The notes below the pieces were generated by a model. The model saw only the letters and a list, made by a program, of their open reading frames with translations, had not been told where the DNA came from and searched no databases. Positions 56,701-64,000 of a stretch of 64,000 nucleotides of DNA are shown piece by piece (the first letter of the stretch is position 1; each line of letters begins with the position of its first letter). Position numbers and translations under genes: made by a program. Source of the stretch: a virus. Location of the stretch: positions 21,311-85,310 of the IMG/VR virus record IMGVR_UViG_3300035162_004467, one strand, 5' to 3'.

Positions 56701-58665
56701 ACTTGGTTACAGGTATCTCCAGCTAGGGTAATACAGTTTAATGGCACAGGATTAGAATACAATACTAATACAGTTTGGCATGCAGGCCATTTTGCAAACA
56801 ACTCATCCAACTGGAACACAGCTTATACGCATACTTCAGCCACAAACAACCCACATAGCGTTACGAAAAGCCAAGTTGGTTTAAGCAATGTGACAAACGA
56901 GAGCAAGGCTACGATGTTCGCTAGTCCTACATTTACGGGGACCGTTAGTGGTGTAACTAAAAGTCACGTTGGCCTAGGTAGTGTCGCCAACGAGAGCAAG
57001 GCTACGATGTTTACGAACGCTGCTCTCACAGGAAATCCTACAGCAACCACACAGAGTTCTAACGAAAACAGTACTAAGATAGCGACAACCGCTTATGTTA
57101 AATCTCAAGGCTATATTACGACTGACAACAACACTTTTAGATCAGTTACAGCAGGAGGTAATACGCTAGGTTCTACCGAAACTTTGGCCTTTACTGCTGG
57201 CTCTAATGTAACCATTACAGAAAGTGCTGGAGCTGTTACAATTGCGGTTGCTTCTCACTCCCATGCTGCATCCGACATTACTTCGGGTACGTTAGCTGCC
57301 GCACGTATCCCAAGTCTTGCCACTTCTAAGATTACGTCAGGGACTTTTGCTGACGCTCGCATTCCAAGTCTTGCCACTTCTAAGATTACGTCAGGGACTT
57401 TTGCTGACGCTCGCATTCCAAGTCTTGCCACTTCTAAGATTACGTCAGGGACTTTCGCTGACGCTCGCATTGCTGGAAGCAACGTAACACAGCACCAAGC
57501 AGCCCTTTCGATTACAGAGTCACAAATCAGTAACTTTGGTAGCTATGCTACAGCAGGTGATGAAAACATCATTGATGGTGCAACAGCTATTTGGAATGCA
57601 GACGGTGATGGTGACGTATTTAATTACAATGATTCAAACCCCACACACAATGGAAAATACGTTGGTGCGGTAATCAACATTCACGGAGATGGGGCTGCTG
57701 ACAGTTCTCTTGTGAGAGCGGGTCTATTCACATCGAATTTAATGTCTACCTTGAATGGATATTATGTTGGAGCTTTACTTGGGAATGCTAATTCAACAAC
57801 GACTCAAGTAATCAATAGTTCTGGAGCATGGACTGGAAGTGTTATTTCTGCCGCAAAGCTTAGTACAGCAACTACGCAGAGTTCCAATGAAAACAGCACT
57901 AAGATAGCGACAACTGCTTATGTAAAATCTCAAGGCTACAATAACTACACTCACCCAACTCACACTGGTGATGATATTAATATTGATACTGGAGCACTCA
58001 CAGGTGCAACGGTTATTTCTGATCTTGATTTCAATGTTACAACGAATACCTTGGGCCATGTTACAGATGCCAATGGCACAGTTGCTACAAGGACACTAAC
58101 TGCGGCAAATCTTGGTATCTCAGCACCTAACGCACCAGCAAGCGCGTCAGCAGCGATTGTCGGGAATACAGTAGAGGTTACGTTTGCAGAGTCTACTACT
58201 TCGGACATTGATTCTTATCTTGTTTATAGTTCAATTGATGGAAGTGATTATGGTTTGATTTCTATTGTACCACCTGATGACTTCGCCGCTTCAATGAGCA
58301 TTATTGATAATGCATTTGATGAAACAGGCACACAAGCATATCGTGTATATGCAATAAAATATGGTATTCTATCAAGTGCTACTACAGCGAGTATTGCTTA
58401 TGCAGTTTCTTCTGCTGAACCTACAACAATGAGTGTAGTAAACCTTAACAATGCATACTATGTACAATGGAATCCACCAAGTTCTAATGCAAGATTTGTT
58501 ACAGCATATAATGTTTATAAACACGAGCATGCAACACAAGGCAGCTTAAGTAGGAGTTCAGCATCATTACTTTATTCTGGAATGAATACTAACTTTATGT
58601 ATCAGATTAGCGGGACTAATAATAGCAACTTCCACCAATTCTGGGTAGAGACAACAATAGCATAA
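50740..58665 (+). CDS. Giant modular tail fibre protein, 2641 aa
   Basis: Fibre motifs KLPLAGGTLSG, GNVGIG, FLRSDAND, PAALNTLNELA, KIATT, VTKSQVGL; two FN3-like C-terminal domains. Confidence 0.85.
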   Translation: MSEYFVGTTGVNSQTTFESLTTSEVLDDLQLNTTDSPTFADVTANAFYGDGSNLTGLSSSTDNTKLPLAGGTLSGDLTINGDVTLGGTAKKLIVPYKRVVNLPAIGTKMRILTLSDSTFIKVFIISSENGYVEPIELDIHYKSSSVGSPVIHRVNNYTWHAHSNDIAFSSDSNGHVYMEKLSHTTGRTVRVHIIEQYQGSASLLDGSTTTTANTGSDESNIGKFGTITAGTWNGGVIASAYLDTDTAHLTGTQTFTGAKTFGNITSSGGYKANIAESSDADNITSNNIKYGYLANAASNKPVSGNSQYASVGNITLTHYDAAANDDFYIRAKAYNGDTSWAKVFTDQNSSGITTVGTITSGGWNGSVIASAYLDSDTAHLSNDQIFSGAKTFSSASKFASLWSSSTIESNSFYAQNSTDGFAFGVGTGVSTWFSWDNNAGLKRAIDVWNDGSKILLGNDGHDVEVSNDLLVSQYMYHTGDTDTFIRFQTNDINLTAAGQNMLRVDGNSAQKTVVVNEVGIDVDFRVEGSGEANALFVRGSDGNVGIGDATPSYKLDVSGTLRTTSAAYFNNDIIVSNNAIISGNLTVNGTTTTINSTTVQVDDKNIELGTVATPTVTTADGGGITLLAGSNEVDHKTIKWINSTDAWTFSERVSIPVGSAASPSLTFAGDTDTGIYRFESSGADFLGITTGGVKRAQFSGAGIFSSANVYTADTSEFRNYGGTWKATTGLTGNGFQFVNSVDGTALTISSTGDTVASGTVKASSYFLGSSTEISLATTGAGSVFLRPNGQSTSGQMQLASTGNATFAGNVSAPNLIASTAVYSGGIVYGGNTLNLKKSNGTSYVDFDTNLNATFAGTITSANILPISDAAYTIGGGSSSLRWNYLYLNNTLSITDGNINAGTTFDFNQGANFLGNVSIAEKLIHTGDTNTYIQFPATNDKIVFATNGSDVLTLDASNTATFAGNVEIAYNGIALDIENSSLNGSDTGIRIRGARNGQNYATNSITSYILLSNYDDNTTPNSYDLVKIGAGMYDASDDTGYLRFETNNGTALTKAFDIDKNQDAKFYGDVDSDGDITASNLNVSNWNTAHTHTSATNNPHSVTKTQVGLGNATNESKATMFASPTFTGTVGGVTKAHVGLGSVTNESKATMFASPTFTGTVSGVTKGHVGLGSVANESKATMFTNAALTGNPTATTQSSNENSTKIATTSYVKAQGYITSANGGNAGTLDGYDSTQFLRSDANDTMAGTLTFSGASSHIALQMDHVVFKRFDVTVNEGVTNSTTAYLLLCRNAPYNDVNGTVTMDRTSGLRHACSVDIVVSAGTGTNPAGTCRSIGTAGGSSPSYELVTLTYSSNSFIALKITNPDAYYETSGHYFTGRLATSDTTNAMQMIAPASVSSVSGFSSNPSHQIDGYSIFHDGYHPNADILTTTRNIALSGDVTGNVNFNGSADVSIATALAVNSVGSSEIGPDEVGASEIAANAVGASELNVSGNGTATQYLRSDGDGTFTWFTPPDTNTTYDLSSYATQSYVGTQITNLIDSSPAALNTLNELAFALGDDANFSTTITNSIATKAPLATTLSGYGITNGINSTEPNEPFNPFGGQKFHDGVLTNALVGRHDRFVVTIDGTTEAGASWKLSNQNFEEYNQNRLFGTSAGETKVFNINVQSLATGSVNSSGIVYSSGFFDINFYSSPFPASWSARCKKSDGTWTTVSSLTKIGNSKLRGVIPFGNYLTDIEFTLVARTSAPFVTGNITYGISEFELFFSRMAASQGGNISSIGGYLGGTITTASGTTSTDWNTAFTHTSVTNNPHSVTKSQVGLSNVTNESKATMFASPTFTGTVSGVTKSHVGLGSVANESKATMFTNAALTGNPTATTQSSNENSTKIATTEYVKSQSYLTASSTQSKYLRSDANDTSTGSAAFGIGGIDPDSHTSFAGGFGNINDGGGWGARGLFIHGGGTGDAAAIGHNGTKLYFGIQNGSATNSMDTWLQVSPARVIQFNGTGLEYNTNTVWHAGHFANNSSNWNTAYTHTSATNNPHSVTKSQVGLSNVTNESKATMFASPTFTGTVSGVTKSHVGLGSVANESKATMFTNAALTGNPTATTQSSNENSTKIATTAYVKSQGYITTDNNTFRSVTAGGNTLGSTETLAFTAGSNVTITESAGAVTIAVASHSHAASDITSGTLAAARIPSLATSKITSGTFADARIPSLATSKITSGTFADARIPSLATSKITSGTFADARIAGSNVTQHQAALSITESQISNFGSYATAGDENIIDGATAIWNADGDGDVFNYNDSNPTHNGKYVGAVINIHGDGAADSSLVRAGLFTSNLMSTLNGYYVGALLGNANSTTTQVINSSGAWTGSVISAAKLSTATTQSSNENSTKIATTAYVKSQGYNNYTHPTHTGDDINIDTGALTGATVISDLDFNVTTNTLGHVTDANGTVATRTLTAANLGISAPNAPASASAAIVGNTVEVTFAESTTSDIDSYLVYSSIDGSDYGLISIVPPDDFAASMSIIDNAFDETGTQAYRVYAIKYGILSSATTASIAYAVSSAEPTTMSVVNLNNAYYVQWNPPSSNARFVTAYNVYKHEHATQGSLSRSSASLLYSGMNTNFMYQISGTNNSNFHQFWVETTIA
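53989..54413 (+). repeat. Fibre shaft repeat cassette, copy A (one extra 93-bp unit)
   Basis: Near-identical DNA to 56128-56418, 56767-57116 and 61333-61706. Confidence 0.9.
56128..56418 (+). repeat. Fibre shaft repeat cassette, copy B
   Basis: Near-identical to copies A, C and D. Confidence 0.9.
56767..57116 (+). repeat. Fibre shaft repeat cassette, copy C
   Basis: Shares the 5' extension AATACAGTTTGGCATGCAGGCC with copy D in the next fibre gene. Confidence 0.9.
57310..57471 (+). repeat. 54-bp tandem coding repeat, 3 copies
   Basis: PSLATSKITSGTFADARI x3 at 57310, 57364, 57418, almost identical in DNA. Confidence 0.95.
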
Positions 58666-58666
58666 G

Positions 58667-58825
58667 ATGGAAGAAGGTTTAGAATATTGGCAGTGGATCG
58701 TGGATCAGAGGACAGAGGACTTAAATCTTGAAATAGAGAGAGATGAAGATGATGTGCTTATTCGTCTATTAGTAGAGGAAAAGGATATCGCTCAACAAAA
58801 AGTAGATGAATTAACCGATGAGTAA
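58667..58825 (+). CDS. Small acidic helical protein, 52 aa (not in ORF track); possible fibre chaperone
   Basis: MEEGLEYWQWIVDQRTEDLNLEIERDEDDVLIRLLVEEKDIAQQKVDELTDE fills the gap between two fibre-region genes. Confidence 0.6.
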   Translation: MEEGLEYWQWIVDQRTEDLNLEIERDEDDVLIRLLVEEKDIAQQKVDELTDE

Positions 58826-60566
58826 ACTAACAAAAGGTGACATTACGAGATCTAATATTATATCTCATAGTGGGGCAATTATCACTGATTCTAGTGACAA
58901 TTCAGGTTTCGCGATATTCCCTCAATTTAAAGGAGGGTTATCTAATTCTGTTGTACGCAGCGGATCTGGGGATTACGATGGGGGGGATAGAGTTATTAGT
59001 TTCCCTAACGGCTATGAGGTAGATGGTGACCTTTTGTTCACTGTAGGTTGGGGTGATGGATTTGGTGTGAGGCGTTTGAATAATGATGGGTCAATGACCA
59101 GAATATTTCAAGATTCTAACTTTTTATGGCGTGATACAGGAAGCACATATAATCATTTGAATGGAGTAGCAATCGATACGACTAATAAATTAGGCGTTGT
59201 AATGACTTACAATGTAGATGGATATACTACTTTTGATTATAGTGGTTGCGTAAATGGTGGGACTACTTTTGTAAAAGATGCTAGACCTACACACTCTAAT
59301 CCACAAAGATTTATTGGTGGGGCAGGTGACAGTGGTTTGAATATATCTAGTCACGGTGTCTATTACACCAGTGGCATAGTCGCGGCGGGGGAGTGGATAT
59401 ATGTTGGAGAGTATGATGCTCGTCATTATAGAAGAGCAGTTCGTCGCAATCTTAATACTGGAGTTGAAGAAGTAATTGGTAACAGTTCAGGAACTGGAGA
59501 TTTATATAGTGGCAGTGCTACGATTGACCGCAATGGTTATCGATACACAGTATGTTATGATGAAGTGAACGACAGAGTGTTTTACTTTTCTTATTCGGGA
59601 GCAGCAAGTTTTATTGTCGTTCTTGACGCAAGCACATCTTCTCCAGAATTATTGTGGTGTGACATGGGGGATACGGGGCAAGGAACAGCCTCATACGATA
59701 TGGGGATGCATATACCAGATCCAATAAATGCTCCCAATAGAATGTGGATAGGACATAACAATAGGTTTAACGATATTGATATTACCCCTTGTTTTACTGG
59801 ATCAGCACCTACGATCCACGCGAATATCCCCACAATTAAGTATTTCATAACAAACCCTTTAAATCGCTTAGGGACAAAGTATCAAAAGACAAGTGGTGTT
59901 CCTATGGATAAGATTCCTTCATACCCCAATTTGGTTCAATTGAGTGCAGATAGAGGTAGGTGTGACGTTGGCGGTTGGCTTGACACAGACAACAATGTTC
60001 CTGTAGCTATTGATAATTATTCTTCAGTCACAGAAGATACCAGCAATGGTAGAGGGGGGTCACCGTATTTCGATTATGGCTGCCCTGCTGTGTTAATGGA
60101 ATCCGCTAACGGAACTAAGTATTGGGTTAAAATGGGTTATGGAGGCCACGGACATTCGTTCCAAGTTTGGGCTGAAAACACAAAACCATACGAATTAAAG
60201 GGGAGTTGGGAGGTAGTATTCGGGACATACACTTTGGCGAACAGTGCTAATATCGATCATGTTTCTTTACCACAAGGAATTTCTTTTGGTGTCCCTAGTT
60301 CAACAACGTTAACGATATACGTATCCAATAATAATGGAAGCACTTGGGAAACATACGACAAAGATTCTACTGAAACTCATGTCTTCTCTACAAGTGGGAC
60401 ACAGTTAAGGATTAGATTCTCTGCTAATGGTCAACCAGACAAAGTACCTTATTATAGTGGTAATGGAGGAGATGGTCCTCTTAAGGTTTTTTATGGTTCA
60501 CTCCACGCAGCAGCGAAAGACTCCAACATTAAATTTAAGATAAATAGAAAAAGGTTAAGACACTAA
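58818..60566 (+). CDS. Putative beta-propeller virion / receptor-binding protein
   Basis: Blade-like strands (LLFTVGWGDGFGV, WIYVGEY, RVFYFSY, VVLDAS); C-terminal YVSNNNGSTWE...GTQLRIR. Confidence 0.55.
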   Translation: MSKLTKGDITRSNIISHSGAIITDSSDNSGFAIFPQFKGGLSNSVVRSGSGDYDGGDRVISFPNGYEVDGDLLFTVGWGDGFGVRRLNNDGSMTRIFQDSNFLWRDTGSTYNHLNGVAIDTTNKLGVVMTYNVDGYTTFDYSGCVNGGTTFVKDARPTHSNPQRFIGGAGDSGLNISSHGVYYTSGIVAAGEWIYVGEYDARHYRRAVRRNLNTGVEEVIGNSSGTGDLYSGSATIDRNGYRYTVCYDEVNDRVFYFSYSGAASFIVVLDASTSSPELLWCDMGDTGQGTASYDMGMHIPDPINAPNRMWIGHNNRFNDIDITPCFTGSAPTIHANIPTIKYFITNPLNRLGTKYQKTSGVPMDKIPSYPNLVQLSADRGRCDVGGWLDTDNNVPVAIDNYSSVTEDTSNGRGGSPYFDYGCPAVLMESANGTKYWVKMGYGGHGHSFQVWAENTKPYELKGSWEVVFGTYTLANSANIDHVSLPQGISFGVPSSTTLTIYVSNNNGSTWETYDKDSTETHVFSTSGTQLRIRFSANGQPDKVPYYSGNGGDGPLKVFYGSLHAAAKDSNIKFKINRKRLRH

Positions 60567-60570
60567 TATC

Positions 60571-63500
60571 ATGGCAACAGTAACTTCATCGAAAAGACAA
60601 CTAACACACACCTCTAATACTTACGAAAGTAATGGAGATGTTACTATAGGAGGGAACCTGAATATCAATGGTACTACTACGACCATTGATACAGCAAACC
60701 TATTAGTTGAGGACAAGAATATTATTATAGGTGATGTATCATCTCCTACTGATGTCACAGCAGATTTTGGTGGTATTACATTGAAAGGAGCGACTGATAA
60801 GACGATTAATTGGGTTAACTCTACTAATGCTTGGACATCTAATCAGATTTTCTCTGCTCCTAATTTAACATTAACTAGTTTATCCAATCATAGCTCAGAA
60901 GCTACTGCGTTGGTTGTTAATGGTAGTAATGTTGTTGGTACAAGAGAGCTTGGGTCTAATGCTTTTAATAGTACTTCATTTTTAACTAGTTATACTGAAA
61001 CAGACACACTATCTACTGTAACAGGTAGAGGAAGAGCGACTAATAGTGTTGGTTCCGCAGTTTGGAGCGCGACTACACAAGGAGCAAGTCAGGGCAATAT
61101 ACACATCATGAGTATAGGCACTGACCATGCGGGTGGTGCAATCACTTTCGATGCGTCTGATTCAAATGGCGCTCAAGCGGGTATCTATGTTAAGTCTGAT
61201 GGGAATTATGGTACAAAAATGTATCTATCGACGACAGATAGTTATTCCTCAGGTTCTATATCTGCAATATCAATTGACCATCAGGGCTATGTTAACATTG
61301 TAAGGGGTAGCGATAGACTAACGGTTAATGGGAATACAGTTTGGCATGCAGGCCATTTTGCGAACAACTCATCCAACTGGAACACAGCTTATACGCATAC
61401 TTCAGCCACAAACAACCCACATAGCGTTACGAAAAGCCAAGTTGGTTTAAGCAGTGTGACAAACGAGAGCAAGGCCACGATGTTCGCTAGTCCTACATTT
61501 ACGGGGACCGTTAGTGGTGTAACTAAAAGTCACGTTGGCCTAGGTAGTGTCGCCAACGAGAGTAAGGCTACGATGTTTACGAACGCTGCTCTCACAGGAA
61601 ATCCTACAGCAACTACGCAATCTTCAAATGAGAATAGTACTAAGATAGCGACAACTTCTTATGTAAAATCTCAAGGCTATATCACATCTGCTAATGGGGG
61701 TAATGCAACCACACTTGACGGTATTGATAGTTCTGCATTCTTAAGGAGTAATGCTTCTGATACTGCTTCAGGTGCTATCTCCTTTACTGGTGGTCACGGA
61801 GCGATTAACATAACTAACTCTTCGATTGTATCAAATAGAACTTCAACTTGGACAGGTAATCCGGGTACTCAAGGTAAAATACAATATCACTCAGCTAGAT
61901 GGTACATTGTAGCAGATTCAGCTTCAGATCGAATTGTACAGTTTAGAAGAGATGGCTCCGATGTATCTTATATTGCTAATAGCGGAAATTTTGTTGGGAA
62001 TGTTACAGGTAATGTTTCAGGAAGTTCAGGTTCTTGTACTGGCAATGCAGCTACAGCGACTACAGCGACTAAGTTAAACCATTACGTTAATAGAACTGAT
62101 TCAACTACCTACCCTATAACTTGGATGTCAGGGTCTCCTAGTCATGCGTATAGTTGTGCTGCGGTTACTATTACGTCAAGCGTTGGGCGAATAAACGCTA
62201 CCACGTTTAACGGAGCTTTGACAGGTAATGCAACTACAGCTACAACATTAGCAAACGCGAGAACGATTGCTGGAACGAGTTTTAATGGTTCAGCAAACAT
62301 TAGTATTAGCTATAATAATCTAACTAATAAACCTACAATCCCTTCTGCTTACTCCTTACCACTAGCTTCTTCTTCTACTAGAGGTGGCGTTAAGATTGGA
62401 TATAGTGAGAGCGGTAAGAATTACCCCGTCGAACTCTCATCTGAGAAGATGTATGTTAATGTTCCTTGGACGGACACGAATACGACTTACGATCTGTCTA
62501 GTTACGCTACGCAGTCTTACGTTGGGACGCAGATATCTAACTTAGTTGGCGGTGCGCCAGCAGCATTGGATACTCTTAACGAGTTAGCAGCTGCGCTTGG
62601 TGATGACGCGAGTTATGCTTCTTCCATAACTTCGGCACTGGCTGGAAAACAGGCAGCAGGAACATATAATACCATTATCGGAACAGATTCTGATATTAAT
62701 ACGTCTGGTTCTACTATCGTTGACAACATTTACGTTACTGATGGTGTCATCACCAGTATGGGGACTAGGGTACTAACACTCGCAAACCTTGGTTATACAG
62801 GAGCTACGAACGCTAACAACTATTCTCTGCCAAGCAATGTAGTAACCAACACTAATGCATACAACATCACTAATAGGCTGAGATTCTCAGCGAACCAGCA
62901 AAATAATTGGGATACTATCGCAACATCATCAGGCTCTCAAGGTGGTTTAGAGATATACAATACTGGATCTGGAAATGATGCTTTCATAGCTTTCCACGCA
63001 GGAGGAGATTACGCCGGATACTTCGGCTTAGACGCTGACACTAATGATTTGGCTTGGGGAGGGTGGTCAGTCGGAGCGGTTAAGCACAGAATGTTCCATG
63101 CCGGAAATAGCGCACAATATACTTCTTCGCTAAACACCAAACTGGGCGGTATCGCAACCAGTGCTAACAACTATTCGTTGCCTGCTGGATCTTCTTCTAC
63201 TAGAGGTGGTTTCAAGATTGGGTATAGTGAGAGTGGTAAGAACTACCCCGTCGAACTCTCATCTGAGAAGATGTATGTGAACGTCCCTTGGTCAGATACT
63301 AATACAAACACAACTTACTCGGCTGGGACTCACTTAGCTTTAAGCGGCACAACATTTAATCTGAACTTAGGGGCAACAGATAAAGTATTAAATATTGGTC
63401 ACAATGCTACCACCAATAATGAAGGTGAAATCATTCTTGATACTTCAAATGCTGGATCACCTCAGATTGGCTTCACAGAACACGGAGATGCAAGTTGGGC

Positions 63501-64000
63501 AATCGGTATTGATGATGGCGATAATAGCTTTAAAATTCATGGTAATGCAAACACTACCATACCTACGATTAATAATCTAACTACTCCCAAGTTTGAAGTC
63601 ACTACTGGTACAGCGGGTTACTTAAGTGGCAACAGAATCTTCGCAGACAACTACCACCCGAATGCAGACATATTAACTACATCAAGATATATTTCATTAG
63701 GTGGAGACCTTAGCGGCAGCGCGCAATTCAATGGAGGAAGCGACATTACTATTACTGCGGCTCTCACAGCTAATTCAGTTGCCGCGGCTGAAATCGCAGC
63801 TAGTGCTGTTGGAGCAAGTGAACTTAATGTTAGTGGTAATGGCACTACCGCGCAGTTTTTAAGAAGCGACGCGGATGGAACATTTACTTGGGCGACCCCA
63901 ACAGATACAAACACCAACACAACTTACTCAGGTGGCACTGGTATTACTTTAAGCGGGACTACGTTCAACCTAACTGATACAGCCGCTAAGCTATCACTAT
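60571..64000 (+). CDS. Second long modular tail fibre protein (3' truncated, not in ORF track)
   Basis: ATG 60571 (MATVTSSKRQ...GNLNINGTTTTID); frame matches fibre motifs throughout and is still open at the window end; shares DNA repeats with 50740..58665. Confidence 0.85.
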   Translation, partial: MATVTSSKRQLTHTSNTYESNGDVTIGGNLNINGTTTTIDTANLLVEDKNIIIGDVSSPTDVTADFGGITLKGATDKTINWVNSTNAWTSNQIFSAPNLTLTSLSNHSSEATALVVNGSNVVGTRELGSNAFNSTSFLTSYTETDTLSTVTGRGRATNSVGSAVWSATTQGASQGNIHIMSIGTDHAGGAITFDASDSNGAQAGIYVKSDGNYGTKMYLSTTDSYSSGSISAISIDHQGYVNIVRGSDRLTVNGNTVWHAGHFANNSSNWNTAYTHTSATNNPHSVTKSQVGLSSVTNESKATMFASPTFTGTVSGVTKSHVGLGSVANESKATMFTNAALTGNPTATTQSSNENSTKIATTSYVKSQGYITSANGGNATTLDGIDSSAFLRSNASDTASGAISFTGGHGAINITNSSIVSNRTSTWTGNPGTQGKIQYHSARWYIVADSASDRIVQFRRDGSDVSYIANSGNFVGNVTGNVSGSSGSCTGNAATATTATKLNHYVNRTDSTTYPITWMSGSPSHAYSCAAVTITSSVGRINATTFNGALTGNATTATTLANARTIAGTSFNGSANISISYNNLTNKPTIPSAYSLPLASSSTRGGVKIGYSESGKNYPVELSSEKMYVNVPWTDTNTTYDLSSYATQSYVGTQISNLVGGAPAALDTLNELAAALGDDASYASSITSALAGKQAAGTYNTIIGTDSDINTSGSTIVDNIYVTDGVITSMGTRVLTLANLGYTGATNANNYSLPSNVVTNTNAYNITNRLRFSANQQNNWDTIATSSGSQGGLEIYNTGSGNDAFIAFHAGGDYAGYFGLDADTNDLAWGGWSVGAVKHRMFHAGNSAQYTSSLNTKLGGIATSANNYSLPAGSSSTRGGFKIGYSESGKNYPVELSSEKMYVNVPWSDTNTNTTYSAGTHLALSGTTFNLNLGATDKVLNIGHNATTNNEGEIILDTSNAGSPQIGFTEHGDASWAIGIDDGDNSFKIHGNANTTIPTINNLTTPKFEVTTGTAGYLSGNRIFADNYHPNADILTTSRYISLGGDLSGSAQFNGGSDITITAALTANSVAAAEIAASAVGASELNVSGNGTTAQFLRSDADGTFTWATPTDTNTNTTYSGGTGITLSGTTFNLTDTAAKLSL
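61333..61706 (+). repeat. Fibre shaft repeat cassette, copy D
   Basis: 5' flank matches copy C; 3' flank (GGCTATATCACATCTGCTAATGGGGGTAATGC) matches copy A. Confidence 0.9.
62368..63290 (+). repeat. About 100-bp dispersed direct repeat (62368-62469 and 63190-63290)
   Basis: Both copies encode SSSTRGG(V/F)KIGYSESGKNYPVELSSEKMYVNVPW. Confidence 0.85.

Noticed and set aside
57310-57471. CRISPR-like periodicity
   Set aside because: Head-to-tail in-frame coding repeat with no spacers.
54130-61530. GTGTAA copies inside fibre repeats (and at 35189 in the primase gene) as promoters
   Set aside because: Explained by Gly-Val-Thr/Asn codons; no plausible gene start follows.
53989-61706. Diversity-generating retroelement template/variable repeats
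   Set aside because: Differences between copies are not confined to adenines, all copies are coding and mid-gene, and no reverse transcriptase is in the window.
1-64000. Alternative genetic code (stop codon reassignment)
   Set aside because: Long ORFs tile the window under the standard code, and TAA, TAG and TGA all occur at coupled gene ends.

Overview
A 64 kb, AT-rich, gene-dense segment of a large tailed dsDNA phage (Caudoviricetes-like), standard genetic code; the host cannot be determined from the sequence. Layout: tail morphogenesis (end of a probable tail tube gene, two chaperone-like ORFs, a 1465 aa tape measure protein, baseplate/tail proteins; 1-14.8 kb); a minus-strand block (ssDNA-annealing protein, glycosyltransferases, Whirly-like SSB, sigma factor; 14.8-22.1 kb); ribonucleotide reductase, Hsp20 and a glycan-synthesis cassette (22.3-31.2 kb); a replication operon (RecA, DnaB, DnaG, Cas4-like nuclease, three-gene DNA Pol III, Clp ATPase; 31.2-43.2 kb); small ORFs, an ADP-heptose epimerase, spanin/holin-like lysis genes; and very long modular fibre genes with near-identical internal DNA repeats (46.5-64 kb). 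No tRNA, rRNA, CRISPR array, integrase or transposase was seen. Leading hypotheses: (1) a phage-encoded virion glycosylation system, because several structural proteins are strongly enriched in Ser/Thr-Gly dipeptides and about 11 glycan-related enzymes are encoded; (2) a GTGTAW promoter motif before 11 genes, probably read by the phage sigma factor; (3) a PD-(D/E)xK-like cargo domain inside the tape measure protein; (4) repeat-mediated shuffling of fibre modules. All assignments come from motif reading by eye; no database searches were run.
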